IMG/VR virus record: IMGVR_UViG_3300028822_000274
Span: 39,714 to 103,713 of that record
Origin: a virus
Direction: 5' to 3' (one strand)
DNA length: 64,000 nucleotides
Each line of letters begins with the position of its first letter. Position 1 is the stretch's first letter. Below the pieces are notes generated by a model. It ran no database searches, had not been told where the DNA came from, and was given only the letters and a program-made list of their open reading frames with translations. Below, in pieces: positions 46,980 through 56,091 of the stretch. The position numbers and the translations under genes were made by a program.

Positions 46980-48028
46980 ACAAAATAAAGGCATTGAAAG
47001 TAGAGTGGTTGTTTACGAGAAAGTGCAACCTGAGCTGCAGTTATTGTAAAATACGAAGGAGTCCTCTGTATGCTGACGAGCTTGACACAGAAGAAGCCAA
47101 AGATGCTGTCAGCTTTATAGGATATAACTGGCCTGGTGCACCGATAGTGTTTTTTGGTGGGGAACCTACTGTACGCAATGACCTGCCTGATGTCATAAAG
47201 CACGCTGTCGAATCCAAGGTGAAGCCGATTGTTATTTCAAATTCTCTTCGTGTTTTAGAGGATGAGGAATATCGCATTCGTCTTGTTGAGTCAGGATTGA
47301 AGAATTGGTCAATCTCATATGATGGACCCGATAAGATGATCAAAGATACGGCTGTACGGAAGAAGTCATCTGCTGGATTGCGTGCCATACGAATGTTCCG
47401 AGATCAATATGGTTTTGACGATCTTGTTGCTTGCATCACTGTTAACAAATACAATATCGACTCGCTACCGAAGATAGTTGAGTTTCTATCAAAAGAAGGG
47501 ATCTGGTCCATTTGCACCCCTCTGCAGCTAGGTGGCCATGGTTATGACTATTCGAGTGGGCATGAGACAGATATGCCCTCTAAAGTTCAGGTCGAAAGAT
47601 CTTCGAGATTGCTGCGCAGAATGGCTAACAGCGGCAACTACTTGATGCACAACCGGAGTGTTTGGTTTGACGCTTGGCCTGATCACTTCATATCTCAGTC
47701 GTGGCATTGCCACGATAAAAGCATTTTGACACTCGATGCTGACGGGTTCTTGAGATATTGCGTAGATAAGCAACTGTCTTCCCCAGTGAGCCTTTTTGAT
47801 TTGATGTCAAACGAAGGGCGCGAGTCCTATCAGAATGTTCTCAAACAAGGTCCTCTGAATGGTTGTCGTGGTTGTTTCTGGGACCCAGCATTCGAGGCAA
47901 TTCTACGCGGACTGGACCCAGAAATGTCTGAGGATCAGGGGAGGTCTTCTTACCGTCATGAACTATCCGAAGAACAAATAGCACGGCTTCTTCCAGAAGC
48001 CAGAAAGATTTGGGACAATCATGGATAA
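46976..48028 (+). CDS. Radical SAM enzyme with Twitch/SPASM-like C-terminus
   Basis: CNLSCSYC, GGEP, SN, ISYDG; C-terminal C...DADG...YC...C.GC. Confidence 0.9.
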   Translation: MNKIKALKVEWLFTRKCNLSCSYCKIRRSPLYADELDTEEAKDAVSFIGYNWPGAPIVFFGGEPTVRNDLPDVIKHAVESKVKPIVISNSLRVLEDEEYRIRLVESGLKNWSISYDGPDKMIKDTAVRKKSSAGLRAIRMFRDQYGFDDLVACITVNKYNIDSLPKIVEFLSKEGIWSICTPLQLGGHGYDYSSGHETDMPSKVQVERSSRLLRRMANSGNYLMHNRSVWFDAWPDHFISQSWHCHDKSILTLDADGFLRYCVDKQLSSPVSLFDLMSNEGRESYQNVLKQGPLNGCRGCFWDPAFEAILRGLDPEMSEDQGRSSYRHELSEEQIARLLPEARKIWDNHG

Positions 48029-48812
48029 GATTTCAGTAGGCATACCGACGATAGGGCGTGATGAGACTTTGCCGTCTGTTTTGAATTCTATTTCTTTCCA
48101 GAAGGATTTCGTTTCAGAGGTAGTCATCCTCGACGAGTCTGTGAAGCCGATAACCGAGAATTTTGCAGTGCGTCAGGCAATGGACTTGCTCTCTATTCTC
48201 GGTGTGGATGTCATCTACGTCAGGGACAGGAATAAACGCGGGATAGGGAATGCGCGTTATCGTCTGTGTGAAATAGCAAAAAGCGAATTCATTCTCCAGG
48301 TAGATGATGATGTTGTCTTGGATCCAGACTGCATATCTGTATTGATGGACAACGGTGATGATTTTGTCTGGGCTGTGCCGACTTGTGTTTTGGTTCCAGG
48401 TCACTTGGTGACAGACGGATATAGTGTTGACGTAGTTGACAGATATGATCCTGAGGTCATGAAATGGACTGAAAAGTATCCGTGGTTCATCCCTTATTTC
48501 AGATACCAGCAGTCGTTTTCCTGCCGGATAGATTGTGCTGGGACACAGGCAATCCTCGTTGACCGAAAAGCTGTTTTAGGGCACGCGGGGAAAATGAGAA
48601 ATTTTGGTAGACTCCCAAGGGAGGACACATATTTGACAACCATCCTTGGTCCAGGAGTTTTCTGCTCGGACGCTGTTTGCTATCACTTCGAGCACCCTGA
48701 CCAAGCTGACAGAAGCAACTGGGGATCTTCGATGTTTTATCGGATCCATGAAGTTGTAAACAAATACCCAGAAATTTTCGCAGCTATTTTTGGTGAGAAA
48801 AATGCACCTTGA
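48021..48812 (+). CDS. GT2 (GT-A) glycosyltransferase
   Basis: ISVGIPT.GR, VVILD, GIGNAR, VDDD DxD motif, ED, H. Confidence 0.9.
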   Translation: MDKISVGIPTIGRDETLPSVLNSISFQKDFVSEVVILDESVKPITENFAVRQAMDLLSILGVDVIYVRDRNKRGIGNARYRLCEIAKSEFILQVDDDVVLDPDCISVLMDNGDDFVWAVPTCVLVPGHLVTDGYSVDVVDRYDPEVMKWTEKYPWFIPYFRYQQSFSCRIDCAGTQAILVDRKAVLGHAGKMRNFGRLPREDTYLTTILGPGVFCSDAVCYHFEHPDQADRSNWGSSMFYRIHEVVNKYPEIFAAIFGEKNAP

Positions 48813-49473
48813 AAAACCGATTTTTTGTTTTCACAGTGTTTGCTCTCTAGAGTCATTGCCTCCATCATCTTGCTGGCCTTCGGAGACGCATTTTGACATG
48901 TTTTCAAAGCATCTTCGTGTTGATGATGAGTGGTTTACGTCGTTCATTCAGAAAGCACAGGCTGTTTGGGGTGATTTCTCGATCACCTTTGATGACGGCT
49001 ACATGGACTGTGTGATTCCAGCGATTTTTGCTGCTTCAAAGGGCATCGATACTACGGTATTTGTTTCGTTTGACCACGTAGGAAGACAGGCACCGTTTTC
49101 GCCTTTACCTATGCTGAGGGACATTGACCTCTATCATCTCGCTGAGCATGGAGTTCGAATAGGGTCTCACGGTATGAAGCACAGGGACTGGAAGCTGTTG
49201 CCAGACAATGTCGTAAGGAAAGATATTTTCGATTCTTTCAACCAGTGTCAGACATTTGATTTCTTCAGCAAGTTGAAAACATCTTTCAGGATTGCTCCTC
49301 CACACGGGTCTTTTTACAACAATCACGTCGATATGTGTACCGAGATCGGTTTTGACAGGTTTTTAGGCGTGGATTGCCCATACACTGATGATTACGTCAG
49401 TAGTCGCGTGTTGGCTTGTGCCAGTGGTTATCGTGTAGGGGATGAGGAGTTTGTCTGGCCGTGGGGAGGTTGA
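48802..49473 (+). CDS. Polysaccharide deacetylase (NodB/CE4-like)
   Basis: ITFDDGY, IGSHG..H, PPHG motifs. Confidence 0.85.
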   Translation: MHLEKPIFCFHSVCSLESLPPSSCWPSETHFDMFSKHLRVDDEWFTSFIQKAQAVWGDFSITFDDGYMDCVIPAIFAASKGIDTTVFVSFDHVGRQAPFSPLPMLRDIDLYHLAEHGVRIGSHGMKHRDWKLLPDNVVRKDIFDSFNQCQTFDFFSKLKTSFRIAPPHGSFYNNHVDMCTEIGFDRFLGVDCPYTDDYVSSRVLACASGYRVGDEEFVWPWGG

Positions 49474-49474
49474 C

Positions 49475-50320
49475 ATGATTTTGGTTGGAATACCGACGAG
49501 AAACAGGCCGGAATATCTGGCGGCCTTGCTGTCTTCCCTGATGTTCCAGACCGAGCAGCGTTTTGATGTACTCATAGTTGATTCAGCTCAGGGATCAGAG
49601 AAGAGAGTGAAGGACTCTACGATAGCGTGCAGGTTCATTGAGGCATTGCTTGGTCTAGGCCATAGAGTTGATGTTGTAACTGACTTTGCTTTATGCGGGT
49701 TGTCAGAAGCAGCAGCTGTAAATCATATTTTGAGTGTGGCAGAATCAAAAAGGTACGATTTTGTCTACAAGGTAGATGACGACCACGTTCTAGAACCTCA
49801 TTGCCTGAGGACTCTTTCTTTATCATTGACATCGACTAATAAATATAATCCTTCATTGATAAGCGGTATGACTCCTTGGATGCACAGCATTGGACCAGGA
49901 ATGTCTTCTCCTTCTGACGATGCAAGGCATACACATGAGCTTGGACCAAACGTAACCTATCTTGAGTGCAAAGATACTGTCTTAAAAGTAGTCATAAATC
50001 ATTTCGATAGATTTGAAGAGCCAGAGATAAGGTCGACCGTTCTTGCATCCGCTGCAAACTTCATGATGAAACCAGATACAAGGATTCTTTGGTCTGATGT
50101 CAGTGGATCCTCTTTTTATTTGGACGCAATGTGGTTTTTGAGATTAAGGAATTTACTGAGTTACAGTTTGTTTTTTCATACTGGCGTTAATGCATGGCAT
50201 GTAGCCGCAGACACTGGCGGTGTCAGGACAGAAAAAGGCAACCACGAGAAAAACTCTGATATTGATTATTTCAATTTTGCTCTTCTATTTAATATGGCTC
50301 GTGGTTTTAAGGAGATATGA
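49475..50320 (+). CDS. GT2 (GT-A) glycosyltransferase
   Basis: LVGIPTRNR..YL..LL.SL..QT, LIVD, VDDD, WH....GG.R; GGAGG RBS. Confidence 0.88.
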   Translation: MILVGIPTRNRPEYLAALLSSLMFQTEQRFDVLIVDSAQGSEKRVKDSTIACRFIEALLGLGHRVDVVTDFALCGLSEAAAVNHILSVAESKRYDFVYKVDDDHVLEPHCLRTLSLSLTSTNKYNPSLISGMTPWMHSIGPGMSSPSDDARHTHELGPNVTYLECKDTVLKVVINHFDRFEEPEIRSTVLASAANFMMKPDTRILWSDVSGSSFYLDAMWFLRLRNLLSYSLFFHTGVNAWHVAADTGGVRTEKGNHEKNSDIDYFNFALLFNMARGFKEI

Positions 50321-51276
50321 TGAAGATCAATTTTTTGGCCTCTATACCTGATGAGGGTTGGGCTGTGCCATATTGTTCTGCTGTTATAGATGCATGTGAA
50401 CAATCCGGTGACTGTGAAATATACAGAACGGATGGGATGTCAGAAGCGGAAGTTTTCAGGCTGGTAATGTCAGCAAGGAAGTGTGATGTTTGGTACAGCG
50501 CAAATATACTGGACATCTGGATGAAGCCGCTTGTGATAAAATCAAACATAGAAGGATCAAAAATAGTCGTACACAATCACGGCGGAATGGAAACACATGA
50601 CATAGTATCCCTTGTCCTTGGAAACGAAGATACTCAGATGCTTCCTATAGCTGCTTCATCAAGTTTTGGTGTTCATGTTTTATTCAATACCGAGCACAAC
50701 AGGACTGCTTTTGAGGACTATTACGGCACCTGTATGGCGAATAGTCATGTCGTAGGTTTTCCTGTCAGAAGGCCTGCCAGGCAAGTCGACAAGATCAAAA
50801 GGATCCTTGTTCCAGGTAGATTTTGCGCTACAAAAAATACACATCTCGCCGCAGAGATACTTCTGCCATTTGCTGACTCTGTTGTTTTCTCGACCATGCA
50901 CACCAAGAAGTGTGATTACTGGAAAATGCTTGAGTCGCTTGGTTATGATGTTGTCACTGCAGTTGGGCAAGCTTTCGACAAATTGCTGTACGAGAGCCAG
51001 ATAGTGTTCACTGCCAGCATGTCTGATTCCTTTAATTCTTCTATTGCCGAGGCGGCCTCTTTCGGTGCCAGTGTTGTTGCTCCTGACTGGGGCCCTTTCC
51101 CAGAATACGTGAATGATGCTGGTCTTTATAATGCTTTCAGTGTCGATATGGCCAGAGGAAGGGTACGTCTTTTTTTGAGCATGGGTAAAGAGGCCCCAAA
51201 AAGTGATGTTTCGATGTTTTACAGAGACAAATTCATAGACAGAGTCAAAAAAGTATTGAGGAAGCTAGAGCCATGA
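50317..51276 (+). CDS. GT-B (GT4-like) glycosyltransferase
   Basis: HGG, GRF..TKN, S.SDSF...IAEA...GA.VVAPD.GPFPE. Confidence 0.75.
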   Translation: MMKINFLASIPDEGWAVPYCSAVIDACEQSGDCEIYRTDGMSEAEVFRLVMSARKCDVWYSANILDIWMKPLVIKSNIEGSKIVVHNHGGMETHDIVSLVLGNEDTQMLPIAASSSFGVHVLFNTEHNRTAFEDYYGTCMANSHVVGFPVRRPARQVDKIKRILVPGRFCATKNTHLAAEILLPFADSVVFSTMHTKKCDYWKMLESLGYDVVTAVGQAFDKLLYESQIVFTASMSDSFNSSIAEAASFGASVVAPDWGPFPEYVNDAGLYNAFSVDMARGRVRLFLSMGKEAPKSDVSMFYRDKFIDRVKKVLRKLEP

Positions 51277-52301
51277 AAATTGCATTTGTCGTTCCGTATC
51301 TGTGGGCTGATTTCACAAAAGAAAAAACACCGAACATCGTGAAGCACTACATCAGTCTGTCCAACGCCATGCTTGAAAGGGGACATGACGTCCACATGCT
51401 CATGCTCGGGAAGGATGGTGCTTACACGTCTGATGCTGGCCTGAAATGCAGGTTGATTTGCGCCGAAAACAGCATGTCATTCTCTCAGAAGGTGTCTGAT
51501 TGGTTGCTCCATAACAGAATGGATGTTGTGGAGGGCACTTCTGATCTTGCTCCTCTCCTGGTGCCTGAGGCAGTTTCTGCCGCACCTATTGTTGTGAGGG
51601 CTCATCCCCTCCAGGGTTACATTGTTGCCCATGGAATGTTCTTGAAAGCAGAAAGCCTGTCTCTTGGTAATTCATTGGTTGATATAGAAGCACGGAGCAA
51701 GCTCGAAGACGCTACGATCCGATATGCAGATGTGGTTTCTTGTCCATCGAAACAGGTTCTCGAGGTTGTGGCCGGTGTCAACAACAGAGCAGATATAGCA
51801 CCAACATCAATACCTAATTTTTCATATGATTTGCCAGAAGAGTTTGAAACGGTTTCTGTTCTTGTGTCCCCTTACATGGAAGACTCGTGGTTGGATAAGC
51901 TCAACATAAAACTCAAGATGCTTGGTTATAGAGTGAAACTTATTGAGCATGACATGTGCATGCTAGAAACGTTTGATAGAATAACTGAGTCGTTTGCAGT
52001 TTTAACAGCAGAGAAGTTTTCATTGACTCATAATTTTGAGTTGACATCAATGCATGCAAGACGGCCTGTAATATGTTTTGGCAGGAATGACCTCTCTGGA
52101 TCTCCTGTTTTTGACTTAGGTTCTTTTTGTGACGAGTCTCTCGGTAAATTAGAAGAGGTATTTGGCTTCATAAAATCTAATTTTGACGAAGTCGCACGAA
52201 AAGGTATTATATTTACTAATAAATATATAGAAAAAGAAGCGGCTAAGATTCATGAAAAGATTTATGAAAAAGCAGTCGCAGTAAGATCAGGAAAAATTTG
52301 A
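51273..52301 (+). CDS. GT-B (GT4-like) glycosyltransferase, divergent C-terminal half
   Basis: MKIAFV.P..., L..RGHDVH.L, AD.V.CPS N-terminal domain motifs. Confidence 0.65.
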   Translation: MKIAFVVPYLWADFTKEKTPNIVKHYISLSNAMLERGHDVHMLMLGKDGAYTSDAGLKCRLICAENSMSFSQKVSDWLLHNRMDVVEGTSDLAPLLVPEAVSAAPIVVRAHPLQGYIVAHGMFLKAESLSLGNSLVDIEARSKLEDATIRYADVVSCPSKQVLEVVAGVNNRADIAPTSIPNFSYDLPEEFETVSVLVSPYMEDSWLDKLNIKLKMLGYRVKLIEHDMCMLETFDRITESFAVLTAEKFSLTHNFELTSMHARRPVICFGRNDLSGSPVFDLGSFCDESLGKLEEVFGFIKSNFDEVARKGIIFTNKYIEKEAAKIHEKIYEKAVAVRSGKI

Positions 52302-52308
52302 GGTAGTC

Positions 52309-53916
52309 ATGTCAGAAGAAACAGCAATAGAAAAAGTAGAAGGTATCACTGAGTCTGACATCGAAGAGACACTGGAGTATACTCCTGTTGGCAGGAATAT
52401 AGGCGCAGAAAAGTTTGTCGATAAATGGGATAGGCAGCTTCAAATAGACAGGCGTGTCTTCGGGACGAAGCTGTGTTTTGCTGGTGCTGAGGAACGAAAA
52501 CTTCGCGACGGCCTGCACAGGATTGGTGTTAGAAATATTCTTCTGTCATTTTACTACTTCAAGAAGTTCCTGAGGAAGCGTTCTATCCAGGAAATTGCGG
52601 ATGACATAGGTCGCTTTGACTACGTTATTCTCGATTCTGGTGGATTCACTTTCATGGAGGCTTTGAAGAATGGCGAAAAGCTGGACATGGACATTCGCCA
52701 GTATGCCGACCTGTACCATTCTGAAGTTGAGCGGTTTGGGCATGTCTTTACAGCTTGTGCTGAGCTTGACGTTCACGATGCCTTTTCCCAGAAAGAGATG
52801 GAGAACATCAGAGACCACCTGACAGACAAGGGTGTGTCGATGCTTCCTGTTCTTCATGGGGAGCAGTTAGATTATTACCGTGATCTTGGGTGGTTTAAAA
52901 AATACCCTTATATGGCGATTGGTTCGGCCCTGATAGGAAGGAACAAGCCAAGTCCTATTCTGCGTGACTACTTTACAGAGGCAAGAAAGACGGGAACGTT
53001 GTTGCACGGGTTTGGGGTAACCACTGTTGATGCACTACGGAAAATGCCATGGTACAGCGTTGACAGCACGACTTGGATGGGTGGTACGCGGTACGGAAAT
53101 ACGATGGTGTTTCAGAATGGTCGCCTCAGGTATTACGATTACAAAAAGAAAGATGTCCGAAAACGGTTCAAGAAAAGATTTGAAGAGAGCGGTTTAATTT
53201 GGGGTGACATCGAAAGGGAGAAGCCGCTCGAAATAAACCTGATGAATGCTCTCGGCTGGAAACAATGGGCTGACTACGTCAAGTACAACGTTCAGAATGC
53301 CTATTGGCTTACACCTGAAGAAAAGGATGAGGCCCTTTCGTTGAAATCCAAGGTGTTCAACACAGAGGGCATTATCAACAGGTCTGCATCTCTTGCCAGG
53401 GCTGAAGCTCGACGTCTTACACAGGTGGAAGACGCGAAGTACGACGACCGTGCTCACGAGATGCTTCATTGTGATACCTGTGCGATGGCAGGAAGGTGTC
53501 CCAGGTTCAAGGAAGGTGAGCCATGCGGATATGACATCAACGTCCGTTTGGAGACGAATCTTGACTTGCAGAAAGCTCTTCAAAACATTCTAGAGGTTGA
53601 GTATGGAAGAGTCATGACAGGTGCTCTGTTTGAGAAGCTTGAGGGTGGTGTTTTAGACTCGAATGTATCGAATGAGATGAAAAATCTCCTCGGCATGATC
53701 GAACAAATGAGAAATATGTTTAGTCAACGACGGACAGAAGAACTGCAGATAACAGCAAAATCAGAAGGTGGCTCCGGCACAGTATCGAAAATGTTGGCTT
53801 CTGTTTTTGGGCCACGTGGCTCGAATGGCTCAGGTTCAGGATCGACTAAAACTCAACGAGCGTCAAATCAAGTCATAGATGTTTCACCGATTGATGATGT
53901 AGATGGTGATAATTAA
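52309..53916 (+). CDS. DpdA/TGT-like deazaguanine DNA transglycosylase with C-terminal Cys4 + helical domain
   Basis: LDSGGFT, ELD, PV.H, AIG, HGFG, PWYSVDSTTW TGT-fold motifs; CDTC....RC.......C; end of queDECfolE operon. Confidence 0.75.
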   Translation: MSEETAIEKVEGITESDIEETLEYTPVGRNIGAEKFVDKWDRQLQIDRRVFGTKLCFAGAEERKLRDGLHRIGVRNILLSFYYFKKFLRKRSIQEIADDIGRFDYVILDSGGFTFMEALKNGEKLDMDIRQYADLYHSEVERFGHVFTACAELDVHDAFSQKEMENIRDHLTDKGVSMLPVLHGEQLDYYRDLGWFKKYPYMAIGSALIGRNKPSPILRDYFTEARKTGTLLHGFGVTTVDALRKMPWYSVDSTTWMGGTRYGNTMVFQNGRLRYYDYKKKDVRKRFKKRFEESGLIWGDIEREKPLEINLMNALGWKQWADYVKYNVQNAYWLTPEEKDEALSLKSKVFNTEGIINRSASLARAEARRLTQVEDAKYDDRAHEMLHCDTCAMAGRCPRFKEGEPCGYDINVRLETNLDLQKALQNILEVEYGRVMTGALFEKLEGGVLDSNVSNEMKNLLGMIEQMRNMFSQRRTEELQITAKSEGGSGTVSKMLASVFGPRGSNGSGSGSTKTQRASNQVIDVSPIDDVDGDN

Positions 53917-53919
53917 TAG

Positions 53920-53949
53920 TTGACCGGCGACTAATTTTCTGCTACACCT
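53920..53949 (+). promoter_or_regulatory. Possible weak sigma70-type promoter
   Basis: TTGACC-N17-TACACC with TG extension. Confidence 0.4.
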
Positions 53950-53971
53950 CTTGGTTAGTTAAGGAGTAAAA

Positions 53972-54370
53972 ATGAAATTCCATGGAAATGCAAAAATAGA
54001 ACAGGGTGTTGTTGGTGTGGACCCCACGTCTGCGCCAGAGACCATTGTCGAGGATTGCTTTGTTCAGCCTCATCCTGATATTACGATGGACCCTGATGCT
54101 TTGTATCTTGCTCTCGTTGGTGGTGCGGGTGAGACTGTGACTGTCAACCTCCACTTTTTGATCGAGAACGGCAAAGCTGACCAAGGCTTCGACGATTACA
54201 AAGATTCGGGCTCAGTTTGGTTCGAGTTTGTGGCGGGCGAGGTCATCACAGTAGGTACTCTCACGAAAATCACGACGGGCCTGCCTGCAGGTGGAATAAT
54301 CTATGTCGAGGTTACGGGCGATACAATTGCAGCAGGCGAGACCCGTGATTTGCGCGTAGCCTGGCGATAA
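53972..54370 (+). CDS. Hypothetical acidic beta-rich protein
   Basis: AAGGAG RBS. Confidence 0.7.
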   Translation: MKFHGNAKIEQGVVGVDPTSAPETIVEDCFVQPHPDITMDPDALYLALVGGAGETVTVNLHFLIENGKADQGFDDYKDSGSVWFEFVAGEVITVGTLTKITTGLPAGGIIYVEVTGDTIAAGETRDLRVAWR

Positions 54371-54405
54371 TTTTCACGTAACAAATCAAAAAAGGAGACA
54401 CGACA

Positions 54406-54774
54406 ATGACCGAATCCAATTTCAACATTTCGTCCTGGATGGAAGAGGGCAAAAAAGCTCTGGACAGCTTGCACGAGGAGAAGGCCTGCATGGAGGAGAA
54501 GCTCGGCGAGATCCAAACTCAGATCGTTGATATCGAGAAGACCCTCGGAATCGGCCCTCGCAGAGCGAAGCGCATTCGCCTTCGTCCGAGCATCGTCGAC
54601 GTTCTTGAAGCCAACAAGGGGAAGCGGGTTCCTATGGAATCGCTTGTTGAGTCTGTCAAATCTCTCATTGACGAGGCCGACGTCAGCGATAACGCCATCT
54701 CCCAGGCGACTGTTCGTTTGTCCAAAGATGTCGACATTGTGACCATCAATGAAAAGGGTGTTATGTTGAAGTAA
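54406..54774 (+). CDS. Coiled-coil plus wHTH-like protein
   Basis: AGGAG RBS; coiled coil, basic linker, helical C-terminal domain. Confidence 0.65.
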   Translation: MTESNFNISSWMEEGKKALDSLHEEKACMEEKLGEIQTQIVDIEKTLGIGPRRAKRIRLRPSIVDVLEANKGKRVPMESLVESVKSLIDEADVSDNAISQATVRLSKDVDIVTINEKGVMLK

Positions 54775-54778
54775 TACC

Positions 54779-54807
54779 TTGACAAACCCCAGCCCGCCAT
54801 ATACTCT
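54779..54807 (+). promoter_or_regulatory. sigma70-type promoter
   Basis: TTGACA-N17-TACTCT. Confidence 0.65.
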
Positions 54808-54834
54808 TCTCTAATCACATTTTTTAAACATAAT

Positions 54835-55014
54835 ATGAAACACCTAACAAACATATTTTCACGTGTAGTTTTTTTCGTGTGCGTGTTTGCGCTTCTCTGG
54901 GTCGTGTTTGGGGTGTTCACTTCACCACTAACACAAGAGAGGCCAAAAATTTACCATCAGAAAAATACTGCAGACTTCCTTTCTAAGGAAGGTATCTGGC
55001 GCATTAGAGAGTGA
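54835..55014 (+). CDS. Small membrane protein (59 aa, not in ORF track)
   Basis: MKHLTNIFSRVVFFVCVFALLWVVFGVF..; first ORF after promoter. Confidence 0.5.
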   Translation: MKHLTNIFSRVVFFVCVFALLWVVFGVFTSPLTQERPKIYHQKNTADFLSKEGIWRIRE

Positions 55015-55036
55015 AAACAATTTACGGACGGTCATT

Positions 55037-55321
55037 ATGGGTAATTTAAAAAAATCAAACAAAAGCAAGCGAAGCAAACGGAAACCCTCTCAATTTGAGA
55101 GGAGAGCAAAGAGGGCTCACAAGACAGCCACGACATTATCTACTATTGAGAATATCCTGGCCGGAGCTTTGGGCGACAAACTAAATTTTAGTTTTGGCCA
55201 TTCGAGACAGATCAACAATTCTTACGGTGTTGATTGTGTTCCGGGGGGTTTTATTGCCCTGGGGTATGACCTCACAAAACTGACGCTTGCTGATGCGGAT
55301 AAGAAGAATGTCCTTATATAA
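55037..55321 (+). CDS. Basic hypothetical protein
   Basis: K/R-rich N-terminus; overlaps methylase start. Confidence 0.55.
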   Translation: MGNLKKSNKSKRSKRKPSQFERRAKRAHKTATTLSTIENILAGALGDKLNFSFGHSRQINNSYGVDCVPGGFIALGYDLTKLTLADADKKNVLI

Positions 55322-55898
55322 TATCGTTTACGCAGACCCTCCATGGTACTACAGGGATAAAGCTGCAGCTGGAGAGCGTGGTGCTGGGCACAAATACCAA
55401 ACGATGCGTGATGATGAGATAGCTAATTTGACTGTAGAATCCATCGTTGCAGATGACGCAGCTTTATTTTTGTGGACAACAAAGCCGAAAATAGATGTTG
55501 CGTTGTGGGTGCTTAGGAAGTGGGGGTTTATCTACAAAACGTTCGCTTTCGACTGGATAAAGCTATCGAAAGAAGGGCGGCCTAAGTTTGGCATGGGACA
55601 CTGGACAAGGGCGAACGCAGAGCATGTTCTTCTAGGCATACGCGGGAATCCAAAGAGAATATCTGGTGGTGTGAGTTCTGTTGTCATGACCACACCTGGA
55701 AAGCACTCTAAAAAACCAGATGAAGTAAGGGATTCAATCGTAACACTCATGGGTGACATCCCGAGGATAGAGTTGTTCGCCAGGAAGCGTGTCGATGGGT
55801 GGGATGCGCTTGGGTATGATGTCGGGACTGGAGACATTACAAAATCAATAAACGCTATGAGCAAGGAGAGAGACCGAAATGAGAATCGTTCGAGTTAA
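55308..55898 (+). CDS. MT-A70 family N6-adenine methyltransferase
   Basis: YADPPW, LFLW, WGF.YKT..F.W.K, GMGHWTR.N.E, HS.KP, IELFAR. Confidence 0.92.
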   Translation: MSLYNIVYADPPWYYRDKAAAGERGAGHKYQTMRDDEIANLTVESIVADDAALFLWTTKPKIDVALWVLRKWGFIYKTFAFDWIKLSKEGRPKFGMGHWTRANAEHVLLGIRGNPKRISGGVSSVVMTTPGKHSKKPDEVRDSIVTLMGDIPRIELFARKRVDGWDALGYDVGTGDITKSINAMSKERDRNENRSS

Positions 55899-56064
55899 GG
55901 CCGATCAGAGGGCCAACATGCCTTTAGGTTTTGATGGTGGTTTTTCAATCAGGTGCCCGGGGAAAGACGGTTATTTGATCAAAATGAATCCTGGCGAAGC
56001 TGCCTCTGCTGCAGTGTTTGTTTCTGACGAAGATCTCGAAAATGCAGAAGAGTCTGAAGAGTAG
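55879..56064 (+). CDS. Hypothetical protein
   Basis: AGGAG upstream; coupled. Confidence 0.55.
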   Translation: MRIVRVKADQRANMPLGFDGGFSIRCPGKDGYLIKMNPGEAASAAVFVSDEDLENAEESEE

Positions 56065-56091
56065 GTTTTGACGTAGATTTTAGGAGTAGTG

